From: Balanoglossus misakiensis
Lineage: Eukaryota; Animalia; Hemichordata
Direction: 5' to 3'
DNA length: 64,000 bases
NCBI GenBank assembly: GCA_040954595.2
Contig: CM082594.2
Coordinates: forward strand, 948,247 to 1,012,246
Shown here: in pieces, positions 53,353-64,000 of the stretch
Layout: each line of letters starts with the position of its first letter
Numbering within the stretch: position 1 is the stretch's first letter
Position numbers and translations under genes: made by a program
The notes under the pieces: generated by a model
The model's input: only the letters and a program-made list of their open reading frames with translations
Database searches by the model: none
Told to the model about the DNA's origin: nothing

Positions 53353-53430
53353 TAGCTGTGGCAACGCTGCTGTTCCGCCGGGGGGAGGGGGCCTAATCCC
53401 CCCGGCGGAACAGCTGCGTTTCCACGACTA
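53353..53430. mobile_element. 78-bp all-hairpin micro-element with TAG...CTA ends
   Basis: TAGCTGTGGCAACGCTGCTGTTCCGCCGGGGGGA, a 10-nt loop, then TCCCCCCGGCGGAACAGCTGCGTTTCCACGACTA. Confidence 0.6.
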
Positions 53431-54155
53431 CCTCAGACTTGCGTCAAGCTCTCTGGTGACTTCCGACCACTGGGGTCAGAGGTCGCTGAAACACCCGCAT
53501 ATGATCATTTTCAGACCAAGAAAAGAGAGAGTTGATCTGCAGCCCTGCAAACACGGAAAGGGAAGTTTGTCACTCTGATGTTAGATTGGTGATACATGTG
53601 AACTTACAAGATAAGCTCACACTGGTGTTCTAAATGCAGCTATAATTGATATAATTTCCACATAAAGTGATTCGATCATTTGTGTGTGTACTAGTATTTA
53701 CACCACACTTATTGAGGAAAACCATTTGATTTCTTTGCATGGAAGATTTGGGTATGTCAACAAAAATCAGTCACTGTTACAGTAACATTCTTTTTGGATT
53801 GCCAGTCCATCGTTTTCCTCAAGGCAATGCAGAAGAATTTCTTTTCCTTGACACCTATCAACATTTTTTCCCTCCAGATATCCTCCCATCCACCCCCAAA
53901 ATCAATTGAGTATTTGGTCATCAATAAAACATACATGTATAGGCATACATATAAAACGCATAGAAAAGTTCTCTTCAAAAAGTTCATCCTTTATTTCAAA
54001 GTCATGTTTAAAAAAACTTTCTTAAAATTCATAGCAATTACCATGACAACAAGCAACATTAAATATATACAGTATTGCGCTTACAATTATTTTACAAAAT
54101 CTGGTTCACTAGAGAATATAAAACTTCCAAAGAATATTTCATTTAATTAATATAT

Positions 54156-54663
54156 TGTGACAGAGACATTGAACGTCATCTGTAGACAGTAAAACAGGCT
54201 GTATTCCTAGTACTTTTACAAATGGGGTTGCCATGTACTTCTAGTTCTATGTAGTTTCATTGTACCTATTCTGTTCGTTGCCTAGTTACGTCACGTAGGA
54301 CCTATGGTAATGTTGCAATTTTAGGCGGCAAGCTCTGTACATTAGTTTGCTCTCTTCGGGGTGACCGGGCATATAAAAAGACGTACGTACTACGACTCCG
54401 TGTTGTGTGAGTTATTCCTCCTGTTTAGTGGAAGTCCTCTCAAAGAGTTCCCATCAAAGAAAGGTCCACCTACCCAGACGTTCTCTTCCCTGTGTTTTGG
54501 GCATAGAAACTACAAGAAGTATTACAGGTGATACCCGTTGATTTGCAGTCGGAACCTGTTGACCGAGAACGGTATCGTCGCCATTTTGTCAGTGAAAGTT
54601 CTCTGTGATCGTGTTGGGGAAAATAACCGGACCCATATTTGTCCCGACAACCGCACGATTACA
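54156..54663 (+). mobile_element. 5' LTR of a Gypsy/Ty3 element (508 bp)
   Basis: TGTGA...TTACA ends, TATAAAAA at ~54373, followed directly by a PBS. The left boundary is inferred because no 3' LTR is present. Confidence 0.8.
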
Positions 54664-54665
54664 TT

Positions 54666-54683
54666 TGGTGGCAGCGGTGGGAT
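54666..54683 (+). promoter_or_regulatory. Primer binding site, tRNA-Leu
   Basis: TGGTGGCAGCGGTGGGAT, complementary to the tRNA-Leu 3' end, 2 nt after the LTR. Confidence 0.88.
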
Positions 54684-55119
54684 TTAACATTAATGTTGCA
54701 TGTTTCGGCCCAGTAGCTGTGACGTTTTATTTGGCATTGATCGTGGCAGGAAACAATTCTCCACCAACTACTTGCCTGTAAGCGTCGCGGTTGCAATACA
54801 AGTGTGTGTCACTCGCTCGTCCGACATTACATTTAATTTGACAATCAAATCTTTGCGGCAGAAATTTTGTGGACAGTATAGACTGGCATTTCTTGGGCAC
54901 TGTACTCCTTACAGGACTGACTTACTCGCATAATTATTTGTGTGTAAGGGAGTCGGGTGACAGTCGACGTGTCCACACTAAATCTTTCAAAAAAACAAAA
55001 ACAAAACCCGTATACAGGGCAGTAGGACCGAGTGACACAGGACACGGAAATGTTGGTGTCTTACTTGAGTCTTGGGAATTTCTTTTGTCGGTGGCATTAT
55101 ACCCCTGCCAGAGATCACG

Positions 55120-56633
55120 ATGGCAGATGAGTCAGTGGATAGTAGAGTTGTTACGTTTAAAAGTGAAGCAAGTGTAGGACATGAGTCAGATGGAAGTAGG
55201 GGCAAAGCTGTTGAAGAGAACAACAGTACAGTGGGCGCGGGGGCCATAGGGGGCAAGGGGCCCACCCCGAATGAACAGCTGCAGGAGGAAATATCACAGT
55301 TAAAATCTCTGCTGCTGAAAGAACAAGTACAAAGACTTGCTCTTGAAAAACAAATTCAGCGTTCAGACTTGCTTACGCAACTGAAAGAAAATATCAGCGG
55401 TTCTTCGCCAGGCAGTCAAATTTGACCCCTGACAAGTCAAACAGTGTGGAGGGTAGAATGTACACACTACCAACACCTGGTAAAATAAAACATGGGATAG
55501 TGACAAGCACTCCAAAGATAGTCCAGGGTAATCAGAATAATGGAGATTCTCCAATAGGGTCTGCCAATAAAACACCACTGGCCAATACAATCGGTGCAGG
55601 CAGTGGTACACAAGTGGGAGGTTACAATTTGACATCCCCCAAAGGCATCAGAAGTGGTAATTTTGACTTGTGTTACACACCGTCAAACAGAACACCCTCA
55701 AATGATATTTCTTCAATGGGTACCAATAAATCGATTAAATCACAAATAAAACCTGATCGCTATGATGGTACAGACATATGGAGGGACTACAAAACACACT
55801 TTGAAATATGTGCTCAGCTAAATAACTGGGATGAATGGGAGAAAATTCAGTATTTGCAGATTGCATTGAAGGGCCCTGCATATAAGCTGTTGACTACTGC
55901 GAAGCGTAGTGGATTAACGTATAATTCACTCTGCGATATGCTTGAACATAGGTTTGGTACCGAAGGTCGGGATGACATGTACCGCTTGACGTTACGCAAG
56001 CGAACCCGACAACCTGAGGAATCTTTAAGGGGGTTAGCCCAAGATATGAGAGAACTAGTGAGTTTAGGGTACCCACAAGCTGTTGGCCCTATGTATGACC
56101 GACTTTGCATTGAGTACTTTTTTAATTCACTGACCGATACTCATTTGCGACGTGCAGGTAATGAGAAAGGGCGACGTGATGGTGTAAGTTTTGATGAGGT
56201 TGTTAGAGCAGCTGTTTGTGAAGAGAGTTTTCAACAAGCAGAAAGAGTCAATGATTCTAACAGTACTAATGACCCTGTGAAACGGACACATGGTAAACAT
56301 ACTTGTGAAGTAAATGTGTCTTCAGTAAGTGGAAGTGGGTCAACAACTGGGAACTCTGCTGGAGAGGCTTTGTCACTTCTCAACAAAACCATGAAACAAA
56401 TGACCGATACAGTAGTTGAGAAACTCTCAGAATTACAGACAGAAATAAAATCACATGTTGGGACCAGAGACCAAACTGTAAGGGACAAGAGAACAGATAG
56501 AACTCCCAGTAGTGTTACATGCTGGCGATGTGGACAAATGGGGCACCTTCGCAGGGTTTGTCCAGTGCCAAGTAGGCCTATCGATTCGGGAAACGGCAAA
56601 AGACTGGTTGGGTGGCCCAACAACCAGTCTTAG
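55120..56633 (+). pseudogene. gag: Gypsy gag, one frameshift near 55420
   Basis: KPDRYDGTDIWRDYKTHFE..NNW, RTRQPEESL and the CCHC knuckle CWRCGQMGHLRRVC. Confidence 0.9.
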
Positions 56634-56645
56634 GAAAGGGGCCCA
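56588..56645 (+). promoter_or_regulatory. -1 ribosomal frameshift signal
   Basis: G GGA AAC in gag phase, 6-nt spacer, perfect 10-bp stem AGACTGGTTG/CAACCAGTCT. pol is in the -1 frame. Confidence 0.85.
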
Positions 56646-57871
56646 CAGTTGTAAGGTCAAATGATACCAATTGGGCAAAACCTGGGGTGCGTTCTTCGAA
56701 AACTCAGATTGAAAATCCACAGGACAGTTTGACCTCAGGTCACAAACAGGCCTTGTATGTTAATGCCGTTATAGGGGGAGAAAGGGGAAGCTTTCTCATT
56801 GATACAGGAGCCACTGATTCAGTTATCTCAACACATTTTTATGACCGCATGGTGACCAACCACAAACCACAGTTACGCACTCTGAATGCTGAAGTCCGAC
56901 AAGCTGATGGCACACCATTAAATGTACATGGTTTCACTAGTATGACTATAAGTTTAGGGAATCAGGCAGCTACAGCACCAGTTTTCGTGGCTAGGCTACA
57001 AAATGATGGCCTGTTGGGTATGAGTTTTCTCTCCGCCTTGGGTTGCTTAGTGGACACTCAAAGGGGCAAATTAATTATAGGGGAAGAAAGGATTGTCTGT
57101 CATAAGGAGATTGTTAGGCCATTCATTTGTAGGCTAATGGTAGAGGTGGGAACCGAGATCCCACCGGGTTGTGAAGTGATCATTCCTACTCGTATGTCAC
57201 GTAAACCATGTAAAGGCGAAGCCGGGTATAAATCAGCAGCCGAGGGGTATACTAGAACACATGTATCAGTGATTCATTCCTCTCAAATTGAGATCCCGAT
57301 GTTTGACACGGCCCAAACTGACTTGACTGACATTGCAATTGTTGAACCAGTGAAGGGGGAGACGTTGATCGGGAGAGGGTTAGTTGCCTGTAAGGCCTTA
57401 GTAGACCCAAGGGAAACTTGCCTCCCTGTTAGGGTGTTGAACATAGGGGAGGAAACTACATGTGTAAAACCTCGGGAAACTGTTGGGCTGCTGCGCGTAG
57501 ATTCGAATGGGGGTGAAATCAATTCCTTCCTATCTGGCACTATGTTTGAGGATGTCCCCACGATTGATGAGAATTTAAAAGAGATGGGAACTGATATTGT
57601 TCAAGTCCCACAACATCTCAAAGGGCTATATGAAAAAAGCTGTAGACATTTGAATAGTGGACAGCGAACAAAAGTTGCCAAACTGTTAAAGAACTATGCG
57701 GACGTATTTAGCAGCGGAGACTATGACATTGGTCGCACTAAGATAATTAAACATGAAATAAATACAGGTAATGCCCCACCAATTAGACAGGCTCCTTACC
57801 GTGCTCCTATCTGGAAGCAGAAGGAGATTGATAGGCAGGTCAAAGATCTGTTAGAGCGTGAATTAATACAA
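56588..57871 (+). pseudogene. pol: Gypsy pol 5' fragment (aspartic protease, linker, start of RT), truncated
   Basis: FLIDTGA, LLGMSFL and HEINTGNAPPIRQAPYR..EIDRQVKDLL; ends before the RT core. Confidence 0.92.
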
Positions 57872-58277
57872 TAAGCTGCGTTGATAATAGCTCATGTTGC
57901 ATTTCCACACACCCGAACTTGTGAGATAGCGTTTCTTGTGATTACGGAAAGTGCGCGCTGCCAAACTCTGGCGGCAGCCTGGACACTGCTGCCGATAACC
58001 TTGGCGAGACTTCGGCATTTCGGTGGTGAATCTGGGGAAAGTGTTGCGGCTGATTTTGAGATTCTGTGCGTGTTTTACGTTTGGAACGGCGGTCTAGTGG
58101 GTTGAAATACCAAACTAACAAACATTGATCCGACCTCCTAGGTGGCCCTTTTAAAAGTTTATAACTGAGCGGGCTCGTCCGGCAGCCCAATTTAACAAAT
58201 TACAACTAAGATAAGGGGTTACACATGTTCACACCTTGACCCATAAAAGCGAGTCACATCCTCTCAGAAAACACCAT

Positions 58278-58813
58278 TCTGAACGAAAACACCATCACTG
58301 TAACTCACTCCTGTATGGTCTCCCAGAAAACACAATCGCCCTACTTCAAAGAGCTCAGAATACTTCAGCCAGAATAGTCATGCGCACTAGGAAATTCACG
58401 CCAATCACTCCAGTTCTTGCCCAGCTCCATTGGTTACCAGTTCGTCTCAGGATCGACTACAAAATTTTGTTGATAACGTTCAAAGTTATCCAAAACCAGA
58501 CTCCAGCTTACATCAGTGATCTACTGCAGCCATACACTCCCACTCGTACACTGCGTTCATCCACCAAGAAACTTTTAACATGTACAACCTACAAAAACAA
58601 GACTTATGGCGGCCGTGCCTTCTCCTATGCAGCCCCTAAACTGTGGAACGCACTACCTCTTGACATCAGGGAATCAACAAACCTGGAGACTTTCAAAAGA
58701 AAACTGAAAACTCATATGTTCGAAAGAGCATACAGTGTGGTTTAACCATGAGCGTCATTGGGCAACATTTCTTTTTGGATTTTGGCGCTATATAAACTTT
58801 GTTGATTGATTGA
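58278..58813 (+). mobile_element. 3' fragment of a second L2-type LINE with (TTGA)n tail
   Basis: CNSLLYGLP..LQRAQN..LHWLPVRLRIDYK..GGRAFSYAAPKLWN..FKRKLKT; UTR AGCGTC...GGCGCT stem; TTGATTGATTGA. Confidence 0.92.
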
Positions 58814-58856
58814 AGATAGAACGGAGAGTGTCCTCTCGTCACCCTTGCAACGCAGC

Positions 58857-60172
58857 ATGCCGAAGGGTAACAATTTGCTAGAAAAAGTTCTGGAGGAATT
58901 GAGAAAAGCCCGCGAAGACCGAAAGATGTTGCTGGAGCGGATTTCAGCAATGGAATCAAACAGGAGTGACGCGGGGGCGCCAAGGAAACGAAGAGCGCTT
59001 CTTATCCCAATAGGGTGTGCTGTAAGTTAAATTGTACACGTTTCTTGTTCATGCTCTGGCACCGTAATTCAAGTTTAAATCATTCTTTCCTGTAATAGAC
59101 ACATGATTAGAAACGAGTTACACCATTTTGTCACTAAAACTATGTTTGCATGTAGATTTTCTGTTGCTTGTAAATTTATCCTGTCAACTCTTATTTTCAT
59201 GTTTCAGAATGCTGTGCACGAAGTCTATCGAGAATTGTTGAAAACGGACTTCGAAGGATTTAATTTACCAATGGGTGAGTAAACATTATGCACATAGCAT
59301 ATTGTAATCACTTTTGATTGTCTCTTTTATTTTATGAAAATGTGATATAAATATATCGCGTGAATCCGGGATGTGAATCAATGATACCATAAACACAAAA
59401 CTGTTTGCATGACTTCCACAACTGCAACTATGAGTAAAATGGTGATGTAGTATGTATGTAGTATGTATGGGATTAAATATAGGTGGAACTTGGGACGAGT
59501 CATTAATTCTATGTCCATTTCACTTTTCTAAACAGGTGCAATGTGAATTCTACTAACAACCAAACCACCATTGGTAAATTAGTAGTAGAAGTTCAAGCAT
59601 CCTATGGGAGGAATAAGTGGGAGAGAGCTGTCATAAAAGGTATTTAAAACTTTATGAAGGAAATGCGACGTTTTGTAACCGTTGAGTAGTTTTACCTTTG
59701 TTTTGGGGGCATTATATATGTCAGAGGGTGTTTACAACCGGATTGTCAACATTCAGTGTATTTTCCTAGTTAGAAAGCTGCTTCTGCAATAGGGTACAAC
59801 AATTACAATTTAATACGTTTGAATTGCTTATAATTGATAAGATAACATTGTCTCCCTTTCATATCATAGAAGCCTGCAAGAGATATTACAAAAGTCTGCG
59901 ACTATCACAGCTCCGAGAGTGCTGGAGAAGACAGCCAGGCAAGCGCGGGGTCCAAGAGAACTAGAAAAAGGCTGCCATGGGAACGAAAAGAGCTGAAACG
60001 ATGCAAAAAGGCTTGGGACGACTGCTTTTTGAAGACCTGTTCGAGGGCGTCCAAGAGAATGTTGGTCGAAGTAGAGACCAGCGACACCTTTTCGTCGAGA
60101 GAAATACCGGCAGGGGCACCAAAGTGGGCTGTCAGGGTACGGGGAAATTTGTCAGATAATACAAGCAATTAG
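58857..60172 (+). pseudogene. Four-exon C14orf93-like pseudogene, possibly a transposon accessory gene
   Basis: GT-AG introns define exons 58857-59021, 59208-59274, 59536-59639 and 59870-60172. Peptides NAVHEVYRELL, VIKEACKRYYKSLR, SSESAGED..RKRLPWERKEL..APKWAV. AATAAA at 60203. Phase mismatch between exons 2 and 3, and a frameshift in exon 4. Confidence 0.6.
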
Positions 60173-62519
60173 ATTTATGTATATATTTTGTTTTCGTTTA
60201 TTAATAAAGGTGTGTATTTTGGCTATAAAAAATTATGTTTTTTTTTTACTTACCCCCCCCCCCCCCCCCCCCCCCCCCCCACACACACACTATTTTTTGT
60301 GGGTACAAACAAAAATCACACCCACTCCCTGAAAATTGTATTTCTACCTGTTTGTCATTCCGGGCAAATTCCCGAGTTTGGCAATACTATGTATGCCGAT
60401 GCCTGATGAAATCCAACATTCAAAACTGTTCCAACGTTTTTTTTTTTACGACTGGAAAATCTTAAAATCTGACTTTGAATACCATCCCAGTAGCACCCAT
60501 AGGGAGACTTCCAAGGAGGTGATAATTAAGTGTTTGTTGACACACATTAGCGAACAAAGACTTGCTTGGTCCATATCTATTGCAGCTGTTTGTTTGAAAA
60601 GATCAACTATGGCACTGTTATATCGAAAAGGGCTTCTTTCATTGGTCGGCCTCCACACAGGTCTCGTACCGTTTGAGGCAATCGCCGATGGGGCCCCCAA
60701 CAGAGACAATGAGAGTAGTCCCCAACAGCGACCTACGGCCGGCGGCCTCAAAGGCCTAAGCCAACAACGTTACGTCTCCCTATTGCCATGGTTGTACCGA
60801 ATCTAATTTCTCTCCGCAAATCGTCATGTGAATTAATTCACGTCACTGACGACATTATCGTGTGATTTTCTTGTTGAATTTTTCAGCACAGCTCAAACCC
60901 AAGTTATTCAGGGAACGTGTTCTCGTAGCTGTTCACACTGTTAGGAGAACATGTGGTTCCGGTTGCTTTTCCCAAATGAATTTATACCGAAGCGAAGCCC
61001 ATGTCAATTTTAGCAGCGTTACTTTCAAATGTGCACAGAGCCCGAGCGTAATCTACGTACTAAATAATAATTTCTACCGCCACACACACTCGATCAACTC
61101 CTCATTATCACTGACGCGACGCGACTGTCGTGGCAGACGAGCGGCGGTTGTAAGGTATCTTTAGCCGTAGCTAACGACACAGCGGCCGCATTTTTTTCAC
61201 CCAATTCCAATAGACCAGAACATCGTGGGCTTCAGTTCGTTGTTTTCACAAAAAACCTTAACAAATTCTGTGAGTAGATGCTTTAGCAAAGAATCGCAAA
61301 AGCATACCAACTTCTCGCCTACAGCTCAAAGTTGCACGGCTCCGCGAAAACCACTGGTATACGATGACTTCAAACTAATGGGATTATATATAATACACCA
61401 AACGTTTCTTGAACCAAAACTATATGTTGAGGAAAGTAAAGCACCGACTGTAAAGATACCCGCAGAGGGAACAGTGTGTTCATTTTTTTGAATAAAAATA
61501 TTTCAGAAACCATTAACGACAACTCCGCAACAATGGAGTGATCAAAGCCTCTTGCGCCCTTTGTTGCCTGTTTCACGAAGTTTGTCAAGGCTCGTCTTCA
61601 TGTGACAGGAAGTAGTTCAGGCCTGTATCGCACGAGTGGCGACCAGGTTGAGTGGCGACAATCACAAACGCCAGTGATAATAAAGGAGTTAATCAGTCAT
61701 GAAAACTTGTGTTCCTGGTTACATTATCGTTTCTCGCTTATGACTACACATCTTCCGACTCGAAAATACTAGTAATGTGATCTTTTTAATTTGTTCGAGT
61801 TTTCTGTAGGCCTATATTAGTCTGGGTTGCCGACGTCGACAGTGATTGACTTAAACATATATAGAATACCAGTATGAAAAGTTTATTTTATCGACACTAC
61901 GAACCCAACGCAACTTTTAAAATTCTGTAAGTAATTGCGGTGCCGACTTTGGAAAGGCAAAAAATAGGAAGGAGAAAATGATGTAGAATTCAAACGAACA
62001 CATGTATGTCCGCGTCCGTTTGTCATTTTAACGATGTTCGTAGAGTTGTCTTTCCATGGTTCAGGTCCTAAATAGTCTCAATCCCGACTGGCGTGTTTTT
62101 CGCTAGCACGTTTGTCCGGATTCCAGACTGGGTCCTATATATACAACGGTATTGTCTCAAGCCCGTCGCTCCATGTAATGTATCTCCATGGTTTATTTCG
62201 GAAAGCCAAAACATTTTTCTCGGAGAGCATCTTTTAAAAAACGGAGTGTCTATTGACAGGCGCGTGTCAATACCCAGTGCGTAGGTGGCCGGCTATTGAC
62301 ACGCGAGGACTTTATTCTCAAATAATTGCCGATTTTTGAAAACCAAAGCACATATCACATAGTCCATTAAATGATTCGTCTTTTCTTCCCCGAAAATGAG
62401 ATGAAACGAAGTGCAAAATTCCGAAAGTCAAAGCGTATGTCATAGTTCTTCCACCCGTTCTACGCGTGTACGCCTAGCGCCTGCCGATTCTAAGCTTATA
62501 TCCTGACCGTGACACGGGA

Positions 62520-63264
62520 GAATTAAATTTTTTTTACCGCTAATTTTCACATGCCCCCCTTCCGAACTGCCAATATTTTCAAATCCCCCCCTTCCGAACT
62601 GCCAAAATTTTGAAATCCCCCCCCCCCATTTTTTTTCACAAAGCAAAACACATCACCTATCTATCTTGTAAAAAGAAAAAACAGCGCTCCCATGAAAAGA
62701 ATTTGAAACTGATGTTTCCCCTCATCAGTGGGTATTAAAACTGAACATTGTTTTTATTTTTTAAGTACACATATTTGTATTCTGTGTTGGGAGACATTGT
62801 AAACCGAGAATTGAAGGGGGTGGGTTTTTTCTAAAAAAATTATAAAATACAGAGCTCAAAGCTGCATTTTAATGAACCCGGCAAAAGCAAATTAACTCAA
62901 CTACCGGTATGTTGGGGAGGACAAATTTAACCGTCGGCGCTCAATGTCATCATGGAGTGGGGCAAGTCCCTTGACCTGGGACACTAGATAAACCAGTCAA
63001 TGATTGAAAGGTGTTGATGAATGGAGGGGGTGGGTGTAGGAGGGGGTGTCCCCCTCCCACATTAGAAAATTTTGTAAAATAAAGGGCGCGAAACTGCATT
63101 TTTGTGGACTCAAAATAAATATTTAGTCGTTAAAGTTTTCAAGTCCCCCCCTTTCAGTCCCTAAATTATTTCAAATCCCCCCTTACATAACCTCAATTTT
63201 TTCAAATCCCCCCCCTCAATTCTCCTGCCCCCCCCCTCCAGAGGTGTTTGTGAATGCAGCCTAA
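62520..63264. mobile_element. MITE fragment with C-rich subterminal repeats; one end visible
   Basis: Repeated TTTCAAATCCCCCC motifs, ending TGTTTGTGAATGCAGCC-TAA. Confidence 0.45.
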
Positions 63265-63705
63265 GCTAAATTTCTAGTTGCTTGCAACTTACGTAGGCAT
63301 ACGTGTATGTCTATAAACGTTCGTGACCTTTTTATTTTGCTAAAACTCACACACAACTCGTGAAAAAGTTCATATTTTAGCTAGGACTATACTGTTTTTG
63401 TGTTTGTTTTTTTTGCCGGCGGGGGCATTGCTGTACCAAAACATGCATGCTACACGTTTTATCCGATTAACGAGGGTTATTTAGAAATGTTTCCGAGCGA
63501 TTCCCCGTGCGTATAAGCTAAGATCCGTTGTTCTGATTGGCGTCGGTTATCAGACGAAACCGTCTCATTTCTGCTGAACGGAAATGCGGCATATAAGCGG
63601 ACGGTTCTGTGAAGGTCACGCAAGACGGTTACATAACGGGAAACCTGTGTGACCGCAACATAAACGGCACAGTTAGGTCTGACTTAAACGCAACTTTTCA
63701 TGCAG

Positions 63706-64000
63706 TGCGTTTCAAACACCGAAGTTAGTTGGGGGCACGGCCTGCAGTACTGCCGGGTAAGCTGACATCGGCGTACCGCATATAATGTAGGGGGGTAGGG
63801 GGAACAGAACGGTTCAATACTACATTTATTAGATATCAGCTAATTTTGGACAATCATCTAAAATCTAAATCATTTTTTTATATTTGGATATCTGATAATG
63901 TATGAAATTTCCATTATATGTAAAAATGGTGCTGATTATAAAAAAATGCACTCTGAATGAGCTGATTTAATACAAAATTGCGTTTTATTCGTTTTTGCAC
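63706..64000 (-). repeat. Third, inverted copy of the AT-rich segment of the 46.6-52 kb unit (runs off the window end)
   Basis: Reverse complement matches ~48118-48410 and ~50131-50425. Confidence 0.93.

Noticed and set aside
52070-54150. Short ORFs as host exons
   Set aside because: No recognisable domains or consistent splice pattern.
57872-58277. Inverted 5' piece of the adjacent L2 (twin priming) or continuation of pol
   Set aside because: No convincing endonuclease or RT motifs in either orientation; left unassigned.
60336-61600. ORFs of 72-156 aa as genes
   Set aside because: No motifs recognised; they overlap on opposite strands and are likely chance ORFs.

Overview
Eukaryotic (metazoan, probably invertebrate; inferred from the element families) repeat-dense, pericentromere-like DNA with no intact host gene. 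Bases 1-18570 are a 130-bp satellite (143 monomers) with local higher-order structure. The rest is a nest of transposable elements and tandem repeats: two 5'-truncated L2-type LINEs, a 2-kb foldback element with a nested hAT-like MITE, and a decayed Academ-like DNA transposon whose reading frame contains a ubiquitin-like domain ending in GG. Next comes a composite 504-bp/1.85-kb tandem array in which one foldback family sits at the identical nucleotide in two diverged unit types. A U2 snRNA gene is cut after nt 29 and joined to a Tx1/Keno-like LINE 5' end. Further along are a Penelope-like element with a G3-C8 variant hammerhead ribozyme, Crypton-like palindromic elements, the 5' half of a Gypsy LTR element (tRNA-Leu PBS, -1 frameshift signal) and a spliced C14orf93-like pseudogene. 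All family assignments come from motif recognition by eye; no database search was run.
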